From positions 116,312,001-116,376,000 of the forward strand of contig NC_135804.1 in assembly GCF_964213995.1 (NCBI RefSeq): DNA of 64,000 nt, in the 5' to 3' direction. Positions within the stretch are counted from its first letter, which is position 1, and each line of letters opens with the position of its first letter. Positions 39,091 through 50,957 of this stretch are shown here, piece by piece. Under the pieces are notes generated by a model, which did no database searches, was not told the origin of the DNA, and worked only from the letters and a program-made list of their open reading frames with translations. The position numbers were made by a program, and so were the translations under genes. This DNA is from Mustelus asterias. Its lineage: Eukaryota.

Positions 39091-39387
39091 AGTCGCACAG
39101 TGGTCAGCACTGCTGCCTCACACAGCACTAGGGACCCGGGTTCGACACACAGTGACCCAAGCTGTGAAGAGTTTGCATGTTCTTCTCTTGCCTGCGTGGG
39201 TTTCCTCCGGATGCTCAGGTTTTCTCCCACAGTCCAAAAGATATGCTGGTTAGATGCATTGGCCATGCTAAATTCTCCCTCGGTGTACCTGGATAGGCGC
39301 CGGAGTGTGGCGACTACGGGATTTTCAAAGTAACTTCATTGCAGTGTTAATGTAAGCCTACTTGTGACACTAATAAATAAACTTTAA
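39091..39387 (+). mobile_element. V-SINE, tail B
   Basis: Same family as 108-385. Confidence 0.85.
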
Positions 39388-42300
39388 GTAATTGCTGGGG
39401 CTGAAGATTAAATGGGGTTAGACTGTTGATTTAATTTGAAAAATTGCTCAAGATTCCTATATTTGGATTTCACCATTGCACTAATGTGACATCTGATCCA
39501 AATTGTTGGCCTTTTTGTAGCTGAATTGTAATGCCTGATTATGTTTGTAATTTTGCAAGCTCTTTTTAATTTGTTTCCATGTTCATGGTGGAGGGCTGTG
39601 TGCAGTACCCGGGGAGGCGGGTAAGAAGGCCCACACAAGTAGTCAACACCCATCGAGTGTTAAGAATAACATTAATAATCCAAAAAACCATGTAATGAAT
39701 TGCAGTGCCATATTGGAGGCAGCTAGTCAGTTCCACCTAAAGCTCTGCACCTGTTCCTGGATACTGACAGTTCAACTTTCTTTCCAATGACTGCAGCAAG
39801 TCATTTTTCAATGCAACAAAAGGCAAAAAATTACCCAATAGGATCAAAAGTTGGCAATGAAAGAAAATTAACGCATAAACTCTTTTAATGACCTTGGAAC
39901 AACCCAACATGCCTCACAGTCAATGAAGTACTATTGAAATGTTGTTGCTGTTGCAATATGGAAAGCATAACTAGTTTGCACAAAGCAAGCTCCAACAGAC
40001 CGTTATAAACTAAATGGCCAGATAATCTGTGTTCAGTATGTTAGTTGAGGTATAAAGGTTGGGCAGGACACTAGGGAAAACATCCCTATTTGAAGAGTGG
40101 CATGGGTATTTTTACGTCAGATTGGGTCTTGTTTAATATCCCACTAGGGAATAAACAGTATAAGTGGGGAAATAAGAATACTGGTCTGAAGTGGTCTTGT
40201 AGATCTAAAATAGATCATCAGTAAAAAAATTGGAAATAAGAATACTGGTCTGAAGTGTTTTTCCTCTGGGACAATGCAGCACTCCGTAAGCACAAAAGAG
40301 AATGAAATAATGATCAGGATGAAGTGAAATAATACATTTGCATGGTGTGACATTTTTCTTTTTTGTGCCACCAGCAGCAACCAGAATCTGGCAATCTTGC
40401 CAGATTCACTAAGACCGGCTGCCAGCAAGATATGTCAAATAATGGTCCTCCCAACCGTCAGCCTGAGTGAATTCTTTATTTGTTTATTGTCGCTGGTTGG
40501 GCCAGCATTTTTTGCCCATCCGTGAGAGCATTTAAGAGTCAACAACATTGCTGTGGGTCTGGAGTCATATGTAGGCCGGCTCGGTTAAGGACAACAGATT
40601 TCCTTCCCTAAAGGACATTAGTGAACAAGTTGGATTTTTCTGACAATGGTTTCATGGCCATCATTAGACTTTTAATTCCAGATTTTAGTTGAATTCAAAT
40701 TTCACCATCTGCCATGGGATTTGAATTACCCTAGGTCTCTGGATTGCTAGTCTAGTGACAATGCCACTACACCACTGCCTCTGCCTGGTCAATAGGTTTA
40801 CTCTGGATTCTCAACTGCAGCACACTACTCTGTATTAAGAATCCAACTAAGCACAATATAAAAGCAGCTAAAAAGAGGGTGGTTGAAAAGAACTGCTTAT
40901 TGCAGAAACAGTCCTCCAATGTAACTAGCCACTCAATTAAAAATTAGTGCTGTCAAATTCACCCTGTGGATTGAGTTATATCCATTCATTAATTAATATT
41001 CAGTTTATTCAGTGTGCAGTTCCACACATAGAGGAAACCCTAGAATAACATTTCTTGTTTTCCTTTCCGTTGCTGACTCATGTTAGTTTCATGTTTCCTT
41101 GGAGATGAGTCATCACTAGCATTGCATCCAATTTGCCTAAACAGTGTAGGCAGAGTATTAACTATGGGCTGCATGGCCGACTAACCAAATGCTATTTCAA
41201 CCCTATTTTAATACACATATTTACCAGTAAGTTCACTGGATAGGGATCAGGAACAGGAATCCTGGTAGAATTTCCCCTTTCAAGCCTGACAGCTAATTGT
41301 AGCTGCAACTGCCAACTGTGCTGAGATCGGCAAACTCTACTCTGGCCCAAAATCCCATATCCTTCTGAAGTGAAGAATTTCTCCAGGTGGCACAAAAGCA
41401 GTTCTTGCTCCCGTCACATATGATGGCTTAGTCATACAACTGAGGTGACATGCCATTTTTACTGGCGGCAGTTCTTGGATTTGAAGTATATTGTATGAAA
41501 TGAGGTTGGGCAGTTAATGGTAACTTGCTACAAGGCAAACTTTCATTAAAAATCTTGGAATTTTACAGAGCCATTCAGAGACATGCCAGCGAGTGTCATT
41601 TGTCTTTCACATAATCTTATGAGTTACAGTTGCAGAGGTTGAAGACATCTCACTATTGTGTGAAATTTCTCCATTGACCATTCAACACAACTGGTCAGTT
41701 ACGTTAAGTTGAGTTAACACTCCTATTAAAATAGACGAATGATTAATGAGTGCACTGAAAGTTTGCCTACTAATGTTACTAGCAATGATTTGTAGACTAA
41801 TATGACTTTGGGATGTGCATGCAATTTAGGCTAATGCTTGAGACGAGAAAACTGACAAGCTGGATAAGTTTTTGCTGGAGGCGATGTGTAAAACTAGGCT
41901 TGTTAATTCCCTTTATATGAATTTGGCAATGGAATGAACTGCAGCACAAACTTGGCAGCCTAAAGCTTGGAAATTGCAGGTGCCAATCTCAAACCAGCAT
42001 GAAAATATGCTGCTTCAGGGTTAGTATTCATGCCAGTATGGATTTAGACACACTGTATGATAGCCCCCGAGTTCATTGCCAGGCTATTGTTTTTTCCGTC
42101 AGATATCACCACATGCAACATGCAATGACGTTTGTCTCTTTAGACTTGACCATATGTGCTGCAGTGCTTCCTAATGTGCAGTGCAATGTAAAACAGGCAA
42201 TCCGACTTCAGTGTCAGGTTCATGGTGAAACTTGCATTTTGGCATTTGAACCACCCATGAAGTGATTGTGCTTAAACCTCTACATTTTGCATGAAGTCTG

Positions 42301-43532
42301 TGAAATTAGTAATGTTCCTCAAATGTCCTTCAAACGATTAGTCTGATTTAAGTTCTCCTGTATCTTTTTAATTTTTGTCGTAAGCAGCAATAACCATTAG
42401 CTGTTTGGTAAGTAATGTGATTCTTCCTATAAATTCACTTAAGACAGTAAATTCCAGCCAATACATTTCTAGGAATGGATGGCTCTCTGCCATCCCTTCT
42501 GTGTACCGGATTCTGGAGAAGCATGAAAACCAGACCTTCAGAATCGATGCTACCCTAATAGTTACTTATTAATTATTAACCAAAAATTTCTGCATGGGAC
42601 AAATCATTGCAGCTTTGCTCTGCTCTGGTCCCAGTTATGCTGGTCAGAACATCAGTGTTATAGACATTGGGTGAAATCTTCCTGGTTCTATAGAGTTAGA
42701 TTTGAGGAAGATAAAAAGGAGAAGTGTAACCAAAGGACAAGCCACGTAAATGGACAGAAATCCCACTGCGACCAAAATTTTCAGACAGACGGGCTCTGCG
42801 ACCGAGACAAAATTGCACCAGAGCCCTGGATTTGGAAGTCATACCCCCCATTTCTGACAAAAGCTATTTTCGTCAGAGAAATGCTTGGGGTGAGTGTGAG
42901 GGATGTGGTAGGGGGAGGAGGTGGGATGTTATTCTCATATATGTGAAACCCAAACCCCGCAGGGCCATTTGAACTTAGTGCGGAGTTCAAACAGACTCCA
43001 TTTGTCCATTTCTGCTGGAGTGAGGTTTATTTCTCAGTGTATGGTTTAAGATTGTTAGGAGTAAATATAAATGTGTGAACAAGATGGATGTGTTCTGTGG
43101 AACTGTTAAACTAATAAGTTATTTAAATCCCCTATTCTATAAATGTTGGGGGCAAACAGCCTGCTGTAACTTTGGTGCTTGCAATTTTAATGGTTGTTTG
43201 TTGACATAAGCCTGCAGGCTATCATTATAGTGTTATTGCCACTTGGCTGCTTCCACAATCTATCATTATCACAGTGTGTATCCTGTAAATTCACAGTTTG
43301 ATAGTTCCAAGTGTTATAAAGGGATTACCTGCCCTTGATGTAGGGTTATGAATCCATGCATTTATATTTTAAAAGGGATTAAATACTTGAAGGGATTTAC
43401 AGGTATTGAATGGAATTATGAGAGTGTTTTGCAATGTAGTGAAATCTGTAATAGATACTTAGAATTTTATTTTATTTCTCCTCAACATGGCTCCTGAGGT
43501 CTTCCCATGTTGGATGCTGAGTGAGTTATGCC

Positions 43533-44603
43533 TTGATGTGGAGATGCCGGCGTTGGACTGGGATAAGCACAGTAAGAAGTCTCTCAACACCAGGTTAAAG
43601 TCCAACAGGTTTATTTGGCAGCACTAGCTTTCGGAGCCTCAAGCTCCTTCACGTGACTGAGGACTTGTGTTCACAAACGGCATATAAAGTCACAAACTCA
43701 ATTTACAAGATGATAATGGTTGGAATGCGAGTCTTTACAGGTAATCAAGTCTTAAAGGTACAGACAATGTGAGTGGAGAGAGGGTTAAGCACAGGTTAAA
43801 GAGATGTGTATTGTCTCCAGCCAGGACAGTTAGTGAGATTTTACAAGCCCAGGCAAGTCGTGGGGGCTACAGATAATGTGACATGAACCCAAGATCCCGG
43901 TTGAGGCCATCCTCATGTGTGCGGAACTTGGCTATCAGTTTCTGCTCAGCGACTCTGCGTTGTCGTGTGTCGTGAAGGCTGCCTTGGAGAACGCTTACCC
44001 GAAGATCAAAGCTGAATGCCCGTGACTGCTGAAGTTTCCTGCAGGAAAGGATGTCCCGAGGCATGGTACATTGGGGAGACCATGCAGACGCTACGACAAC
44101 AGATGAATGAACACCACTCAGCAATCACCAGGCAGGAGTGTTCCCTTCCAGTCGGGGAACACTTCAGCAGTCACGGGAATTCAGCTTTGATCTTCGGGTA
44201 AGCGTTCTCCAAGGCAGCCTTCACGACACACGACAACGCAGAGTCGCTGAGCAGAAACTGATAGCCAAGTTCCGCACACATGAGGACGGCCTCAACCGGG
44301 ATCTTGGGTTCATGTCACACTATCTGTAACCCCACGACTTACCTGGGCTTGCAAAATCTCACTAAATGTCCTGGCTGGAGATAATGCACATCTCCTTAAT
44401 CTGTGCTTAACCCTATCTCCACTCACATTGTCTGTACCTTTAAGACTTGATTACTTGTAAAGACTCGCATTCCAACCATTATTTTGTAAATTGAGTTTGT
44501 GTCTTTTTATGCCCTGTTTGTGAACACAAGTCCTCACTCTCCAAAAGCTAGTGCTGCCAAATAAACCTGTTGGACTTTAACCTGGTGTTGTGAGACTTCT
44601 TAC
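43533..44603. mobile_element. Penelope-like element 3' fragment with inverted pseudo-LTR arrangement and GIY-YIG endonuclease remnant
   Basis: CRKGCPEAWYIGETMQTLRQQMNEH...LPVGEHF, then after a frameshift DLRVSVLQ...EQKLIAKFRTHEDGLNRD. Arms ~43570-44035 / 44161-44605 inverted. 11-bp duplication tgagttatgcc at 43522-43532 and 44604-44614. Confidence 0.88.
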
Positions 44604-45719
44604 TGAGTTATGCCAACCAGGGAGGGTGTAAGGGCAAATAATGGTCAGCTAGAGGCATTATTGGCATGAGTTAGTGCTAAATTGGCATAGGGGCTATAAG
44701 ATACCATGGGGTGGGTAGCAGGGCATAGGTTGCCATGGATGGTGGAGGGGCAAAGAGGGGTATAAAGAGGCATGGATGGGGCATAGAGAATATACAGGGA
44801 TGTCCTCTTTCATTCCAAGTAAGATGGAGTCCCAGAGTACCGAGTTGTCCTTTCAAACAGCCCGCTTCGACACCCAGCAGTCCTTGTGGCTTTCTCCACA
44901 CTGTTTCCAGCGGTGAAGAACCTGACTCCAGTGCGCCTGGCCCCTCAGAACAAACAGCCAGCAGTTCAGTGCTGATTCTCCTGAGGTGGGTTACTGAAGT
45001 CAAGAATGAAAATTCAATCCAATGTGTCTGTGTACTAATAAATGTCCATTGATATGAACCCTTTGAATATTTCAGTAACTGTTTCCTGAAGCAAGGTGTG
45101 TGTAAAGTTATGTAAAGCAAAATATGAAACTATGTAAAATGATAGTACACTTTGTGAAATATGCTGTCCATAAAATGTCAAAAATATAAAGGGAACATTC
45201 TTTGACTGTATTGTCCAGATGTAAAGGTGGTGAATAGTTGGGACACACAAATCGAAAGCCCATTCTTCCAGTGTTGAGCTATTTGATCTCAGCCAACAAG
45301 GCAGCAATAATTGGCCTCTGTGTTCCTGAGCTAGAGAGAGGTAACTTGACCAGAATTGTCACTCCCGCTGTTATCCAGTGTCTTCGTTTGAAACTATCTG
45401 TGAGGAGATATTGAGTGAGGATAAAGTCTGCCTCAGAAAAGCTGTTCCTCGGATTATTCTCTTGACTGAATAAACTGATGCCTCTGAATCCGTACCCAGC
45501 AAAATAAATTACTCCTCCTTCATGATGATGGAATGCATTTTCATGCATAAGATGTAGGAGCAGAAAGAGGCCATTCGGTCCATTAAGTCTGCCACGCCAT
45601 TCAATGAGATCAAGACTGATATGATAATCCTCAAGTCCACTTTCCTGCCTTATCCCCATAACCCCTGATTTTCTTACTGAGTAAGTCCTTCTGAACTTCA
45701 CGAGTAACCACTATTCATC

Positions 45720-46699
45720 TGCATGACAAGATCATTTTAAGTAATTTTGTATTGCAATTCTTTCAATTTGATGAAATATATCTAATCCGTCTTATGCAGG
45801 GGTGGCACGGTGGCACAGCAGTTAACACTGCTGCCTCACAGCGCCAGGGACCCGGGTTCTGCCTCACAGCGCCAGGGACCCGGGTTCGACCCCCGGCTTG
45901 GGTCACAGTCTGTGTGGAGTTTGCACAATCTCCCTTTGCCCGCGTGGGTTTGCTCCGGGTGCTCCAGTTTCCTCCCACAGTCCAAAGATGTGCAGGTTAG
46001 GTGCATTGGCCATGCTAAATTCTCCCTCAGAGTACCTGAACAGGCGCTGGATTGTGGCGACTAGGGGATTTTCACAGTAACTTCATTGCAGTGTTAATAT
46101 AAGCCTAGTTGTAACTAATAAATAAACTCTTAACTTTAATCTAGATGGTAAGGCCATTCAGCTATGGTGACATAGCCTCATCCTGCACACACCAAATAGT
46201 AAATGTGCCTTTTTTTAAAGCTATCATTACATAAGAATTCAGGTTCAGTAGGTTTGCTTTCACTCCTCCTGGAATACTAATTGTAGCTTTTCTCTTTGTT
46301 ATCCCAGCTGAAATCAGCTAATTCAACATTTATCAGAATTAAATGGAGAATTTGGAGATTCATGTGATTCAATATATCATGTGGAAAATTTGAACCCCAT
46401 CAAAAGTATGCATTAATAAAAATGTTGCTAAGTTTTATTGCTCTTAAGGTGCTCCCAATGGAAGTTTTCTTGATGTATTTCAGACAAAGAAAGAGCTTGC
46501 ATTTATATAGCACCTTTACCTCAGCACATCCCAAAGCATTTCACAGCCACTGAAGCACTGTAGAGCTACAGATACTGTTATAATGGTAGAGAATCATAGT
46601 TGTTTCAATCATCGACAAGCATAAGACGGATTAGATATATTTCATCAAATTGAAAGGATTGCAATACAAAATGATTATTTAAAATGATCTGGTCATGCA
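45720..46699. repeat. Inverted repeat, ~80-bp arms
   Basis: 45720-45797 vs 46619-46699: 3 substitutions and a 3-bp indel. Confidence 0.9.
45799..46138 (+). mobile_element. V-SINE, tail B, with internal 28-bp tandem duplication
   Basis: ctgcctcacagcgccagggacccgggtt occurs twice (45831-45886). Confidence 0.88.
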
Positions 46700-49526
46700 A
46701 TTCCATAGCAAGACAATTTTTACCAGAGGTTAGAATTCCATATATAGCAGAGCGTTATTGTATTATTTCCAGGTAGGCTATGGTTCTTGGATTTTTAGTG
46801 AATGTGTTTGTCATCATTAAGGTGAAAAATAGCAATGCCATGGAATAAAACACTTTTACGAGCCCAGTATTTCCATCAACTAGAGCCAACTTAGATATAA
46901 GGGGGTTAAATTTCCCTCGGGGTTCTTCCAATCAGCCACTATCACTTTGTCAGAAGTTGTACGGAAATCCCAGAGAAATGCTATTGATTAGCAAGTGCAC
47001 CCCTTGTTGGAATACCCCATTCATGTTATATCTTATTGAAAAAGCCTTGTGATCTTTCCCTGCATATAATAGTGGATTAGATTGCAGAATGATGGCATAT
47101 TTTCATCACAGATGAAATAAGTAGGTGCTGCACAGAGATCCAAGATACAATGGCAATTTCTCACCAAAATGACATTTTATGTTTGATATGTGGATAAATA
47201 GCATTCATTTTTTATAGTATTTTGATATAAAAATGAATGAAATTAAGTACCTCCACTCTATTCAATTTAATTTTTTATCAGACTTGGCACTTTGGCTTCA
47301 TCAGATAATTTATTGATTTCACACACTTTAATGTCTTTAAGCTTGCAGTGAAAATTGCAGACTCTAATCTACCATATCTACACTGACAGATCCCTCTTTA
47401 ACACTGATGTCCAGCCTGTCTCTTGCTATCCCATGGCTTCTGTGACCCCCTTCAAGAGTAGATTTTTTAGAGAAAGGTTACTGGTATAAAGAGAGATTAC
47501 TGTCAGCTTGTTTAGAGGGAGAGGTCTGCCCTTGTACAGTGTGACTGAATTGCCTCCTCGTATAAAGAAAGACAATACTGTCCACTAGTTTGTAGTGTGA
47601 CTGAACTGTCTATTATGTGCGGGAGTTTCTGTATGTCTGCAAGCTTAGAGACTGAACTGACTGCCGAAATTGAGATAGACTGCACTGCCAGCTAATGTAA
47701 AGAGATACGGCATTGTCTGTTAGTTCATCGCCAATAAACAGAGAGATGGCATTTTCTTCTAGTAAATAGGGATTTAACTGGTTACTAACAACATGCATAC
47801 AGAAAGATGAACTGTCTACTGGGGAGGAGAGTGTTGGTGCTGTCTCCTAAAGTACAGAGATAGGATACGATCTACCACTATATCATTATATTGTTTTGAG
47901 TAAGATAAATGTTCCAAAGCTCCTGAAAGAATTAAGTACTACTTATACTAAAGCAAGCATATATATCCCAGATATTACAAACCCAGTCTGTTCTTTGAAT
48001 CTTGTTTTGAAGTATATTTTTGACAGAGTTAATTCTACAATGTAAACCCCTGGATAAAAATGCACCCCTTTGGCTGTTGCTTTCAAGAATGATTTCATCA
48101 TCATTTGTAAGATAAGCACTACCCTGATATGCCATCTGCCTGTCTTCTTTGATCTACACCACAAGCTTCCAGGCAACTAGGGAATGCCAGTGTGCTGCGA
48201 TCAAGCCTACAGCGCTGCCATCCTGCCTTGCACTTCTGTGACTGGAATTCAAAATCTGCTAAAGATTGCATTGATGTAAAAGGAAAGGGGCCTCAAGTCT
48301 GGCACTTGGCATTGTCAGTCGACATTCGTGAGTGACATTCGTGATGTTGGGACTAGGTGTTAGCGGGCCAGGCATGCTCTTTTATTAAGGTCAACCAGAT
48401 TTGAACATAAACAGTCCCCAGGTCGACCCCAGGAGGAGCTTCAAGCTGCATAGGGTTGGTGCATTTGTGCTGCATTTTATTTTCACATTCCTGAGAGGCA
48501 ATGCTTGGATGAGCTTTTGAGAGTTGTACATCATGTACCAACTTACATTGGATATAAAAAATTAATTAATAGCTCCAGTGTTGAAAGTATCAGTCACTCC
48601 ACTCAAAAAAAATAACTTAAGGGAAATGCTTTCATGAGAAAACATTATACAATTTTCTGCTAATGCCATCCACAGGACCTAGCTGGGTTTATCCCTTGAT
48701 TCAGCTGGGCCAGAAAAGCACAGATTGCACTGCAGAATTCTCAAGGGTACATTATATTACAGCAGTATTAATAGAGTATGACAGGAAATGCATTTTGGCA
48801 AGTGGTTTGGGGATGGTATCAGTGGGCTTCCATTGCTCCCTATGAATTCCAATACAGCCTGTGTATTTTGTATGCATAGTAAATCAGTAATATTGTACTT
48901 GCAGTTCAGTAATAACAGAGAATGTGCAATCATATACCTTCAAAACAAAGCCATGTGAAAAGCAAACAATAAAGCTGAAATAACATTACTGATTTGGCTG
49001 TGGATTAAAAATTATTGGAAACTAAATGCTGTTATTAACAAAGCAGGAGGAGGTTGATTTGTTGTATCATTCTAGTTCTGCCTTCATCTGGACGTTCCCC
49101 ATTCTACTCCCCTCTCTCTTTTCCCTCCTTTACCATTATGTAACACATGACTTCCCGAACAAAGAAGTGGACAGCGCTGGCCAGTAACTAGCCAGCAGGA
49201 GGTGTAGAAAAGCAAGGCAGGGTATCATAATCCCCAATTAGAATTCTCGCAGGATGGTGCTTCTTACTCATCAACCCAGCTGAAAGAGGGTGCCCACTAA
49301 GGTGGAAAGCGGAGACAAATGAGCCTGCTTGACCGGCATGTTAGTTAGCCAGTACACTGAGTCAAATGAGCCACCGGTAATAAAATGTATTAAAACCTGA
49401 ACAGTCAGAACCTTTGTGAAGATGAGGGCAGACTTCTTTGGTTCACCCTCTGTAGCAGTTGTAAGTGTAAAAGAGCACATCTCCAATCTTGTGAAAGAGC
49501 CCACAGAAGAACTCTTTCCCCTCATT

Positions 49527-49811
49527 AAAAGTTAAAGTTTATTTATTAGTCACAAATAAGTCTTACATTAACTCTGCAATGAAGTTACTGTGAAATTCCC
49601 CCAGTCACCACACTCCGGCTTCTGTTCGTGTCAATGCACCGAACCAGCGCATCTTTCCGACTGTGGGAAGAAACCGGAGCACCCGGAGGAAACCCACACA
49701 GACACAGGGAGAAAGTGCAGACTCCACACAGACAGTGACCCAAGCCGGGAATCGAACCCAGGTTCTTGGTGCTGTGAGGCAGCAGTGCTAACCACTGTGC
49801 CACCTTGCCGC
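49527..49811 (-). mobile_element. V-SINE, tail B
   Basis: Same family as 108-385. Confidence 0.88.
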
Positions 49812-50848
49812 CTCTATGTGCCAGTCACCTTATGGTGATTGATGTAATCTTGAAGCAGAAAAGGTGTAACAAAAAATTTTAAAAACACTCTTAGTTAAAA
49901 AGAACATGTTTGAAAAAGCTTTGCAAGTCAACGAATACCTGAGAGAGTGAGATGTTTAATCTATCAGGGAGACCAATTTTGATGATATGTCACAACTTAT
50001 ACTTTTTTATCCAAATGCTGAAAGGCCTGTGTGCATTGCCAGCATTATCTGTCGTTCTGTTTTCTCTTTAACCATTGGGTTACAGATTTGTCTGTAGTTT
50101 TAAGGGTTCAAATGCTGAGCACTCAATTAACCAGTTGCCTTTCTGCGTGTTCACAGATAGTTGTGCAACTATAGTTGTAACAAACTAGTGTAGTTGGGGG
50201 CGGGGGTGATGTGTATGTGTAGGGGCAGGGGATTGCAGATGGCAGATATTTGGAGTGAAACTGCCTGCTGCCCAATTGCCCCAAGTAAAATTGCAGTAAC
50301 TGTTAGCATGTCAACTTTATTCTGCAGCATGTAACGACATTCAGCACGCATTCTTTTTCCTAAATTTTTATTCTAAAACGGAACAGATTGCCCAAGTGAA
50401 ATTTTACAATGTGCCACTGGCTCATATTAGAAGAAATGCCAGACTCGGTCCCTAATCTGTGTTGAATAAACTGACCCTGCCCAGGGCAGCTGGATCACTG
50501 CGGTAGGGTTTTGCGTGCTGGGACTAAAGGAAGGAGAATTTGATGAATCTGCTTGGATTGCTACTCTTGGTATAGTGACCCTGGCTGGAAAATAGATATT
50601 TGTGTGGGCAGCACAATGACACAGTGGTTAGCACCACCGTCTCACAGCTCCAGGGACCCGGGTTCAATTCTGGCCTTGGGCGACTGTCTGTGTGGGGTTT
50701 GCACATTCTCCCTGTGTCTGCGTGGGTTTCTGCCGGGTGCTCTGGTTTCCTCACAGTGTGGAGATGCCAGCGTTGGACTGGAGTAAACACAGTAAGAAGT
50801 CTCACAACACCAGGTTAAAGTCCAACAGGTTTATTTGGTAGCAAAAGC

Positions 50849-50883
50849 CACTAGCTTTCGGAGCGCTGCTCCTTCGTCAGGTA
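50849..50883 (-). ncRNA. Minimal type I hammerhead ribozyme motif (second copy, opposite strand)
   Basis: Reverse complement reads tacCTGACGAaGGAGCagcGCTCCGAAAgcTAgtg. Confidence 0.75.
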
Positions 50884-50922
50884 AGTCGGAGTTCCCACTT
50901 ACCTGACAAAGGAACTCCGACT

Positions 50923-50957
50923 TACCTGACGAAGGAGCTGCGCTCCGAAAGCTAGTG
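50923..50957 (+). ncRNA. Minimal type I hammerhead ribozyme motif (PLE type)
   Basis: tac-CTGACGA-a-GGAGC tgc GCTCC-GAAA-gc-TA-gtg: CUGANGA and GAAA boxes, 5-bp stem II, palindromic AGCT mini-stem III, stem I UAC/GUG. Confidence 0.75.

Noticed and set aside
49168-49181. RE1 right half-site GGACAGCGCT
   Set aside because: No left half-site; expected by chance.
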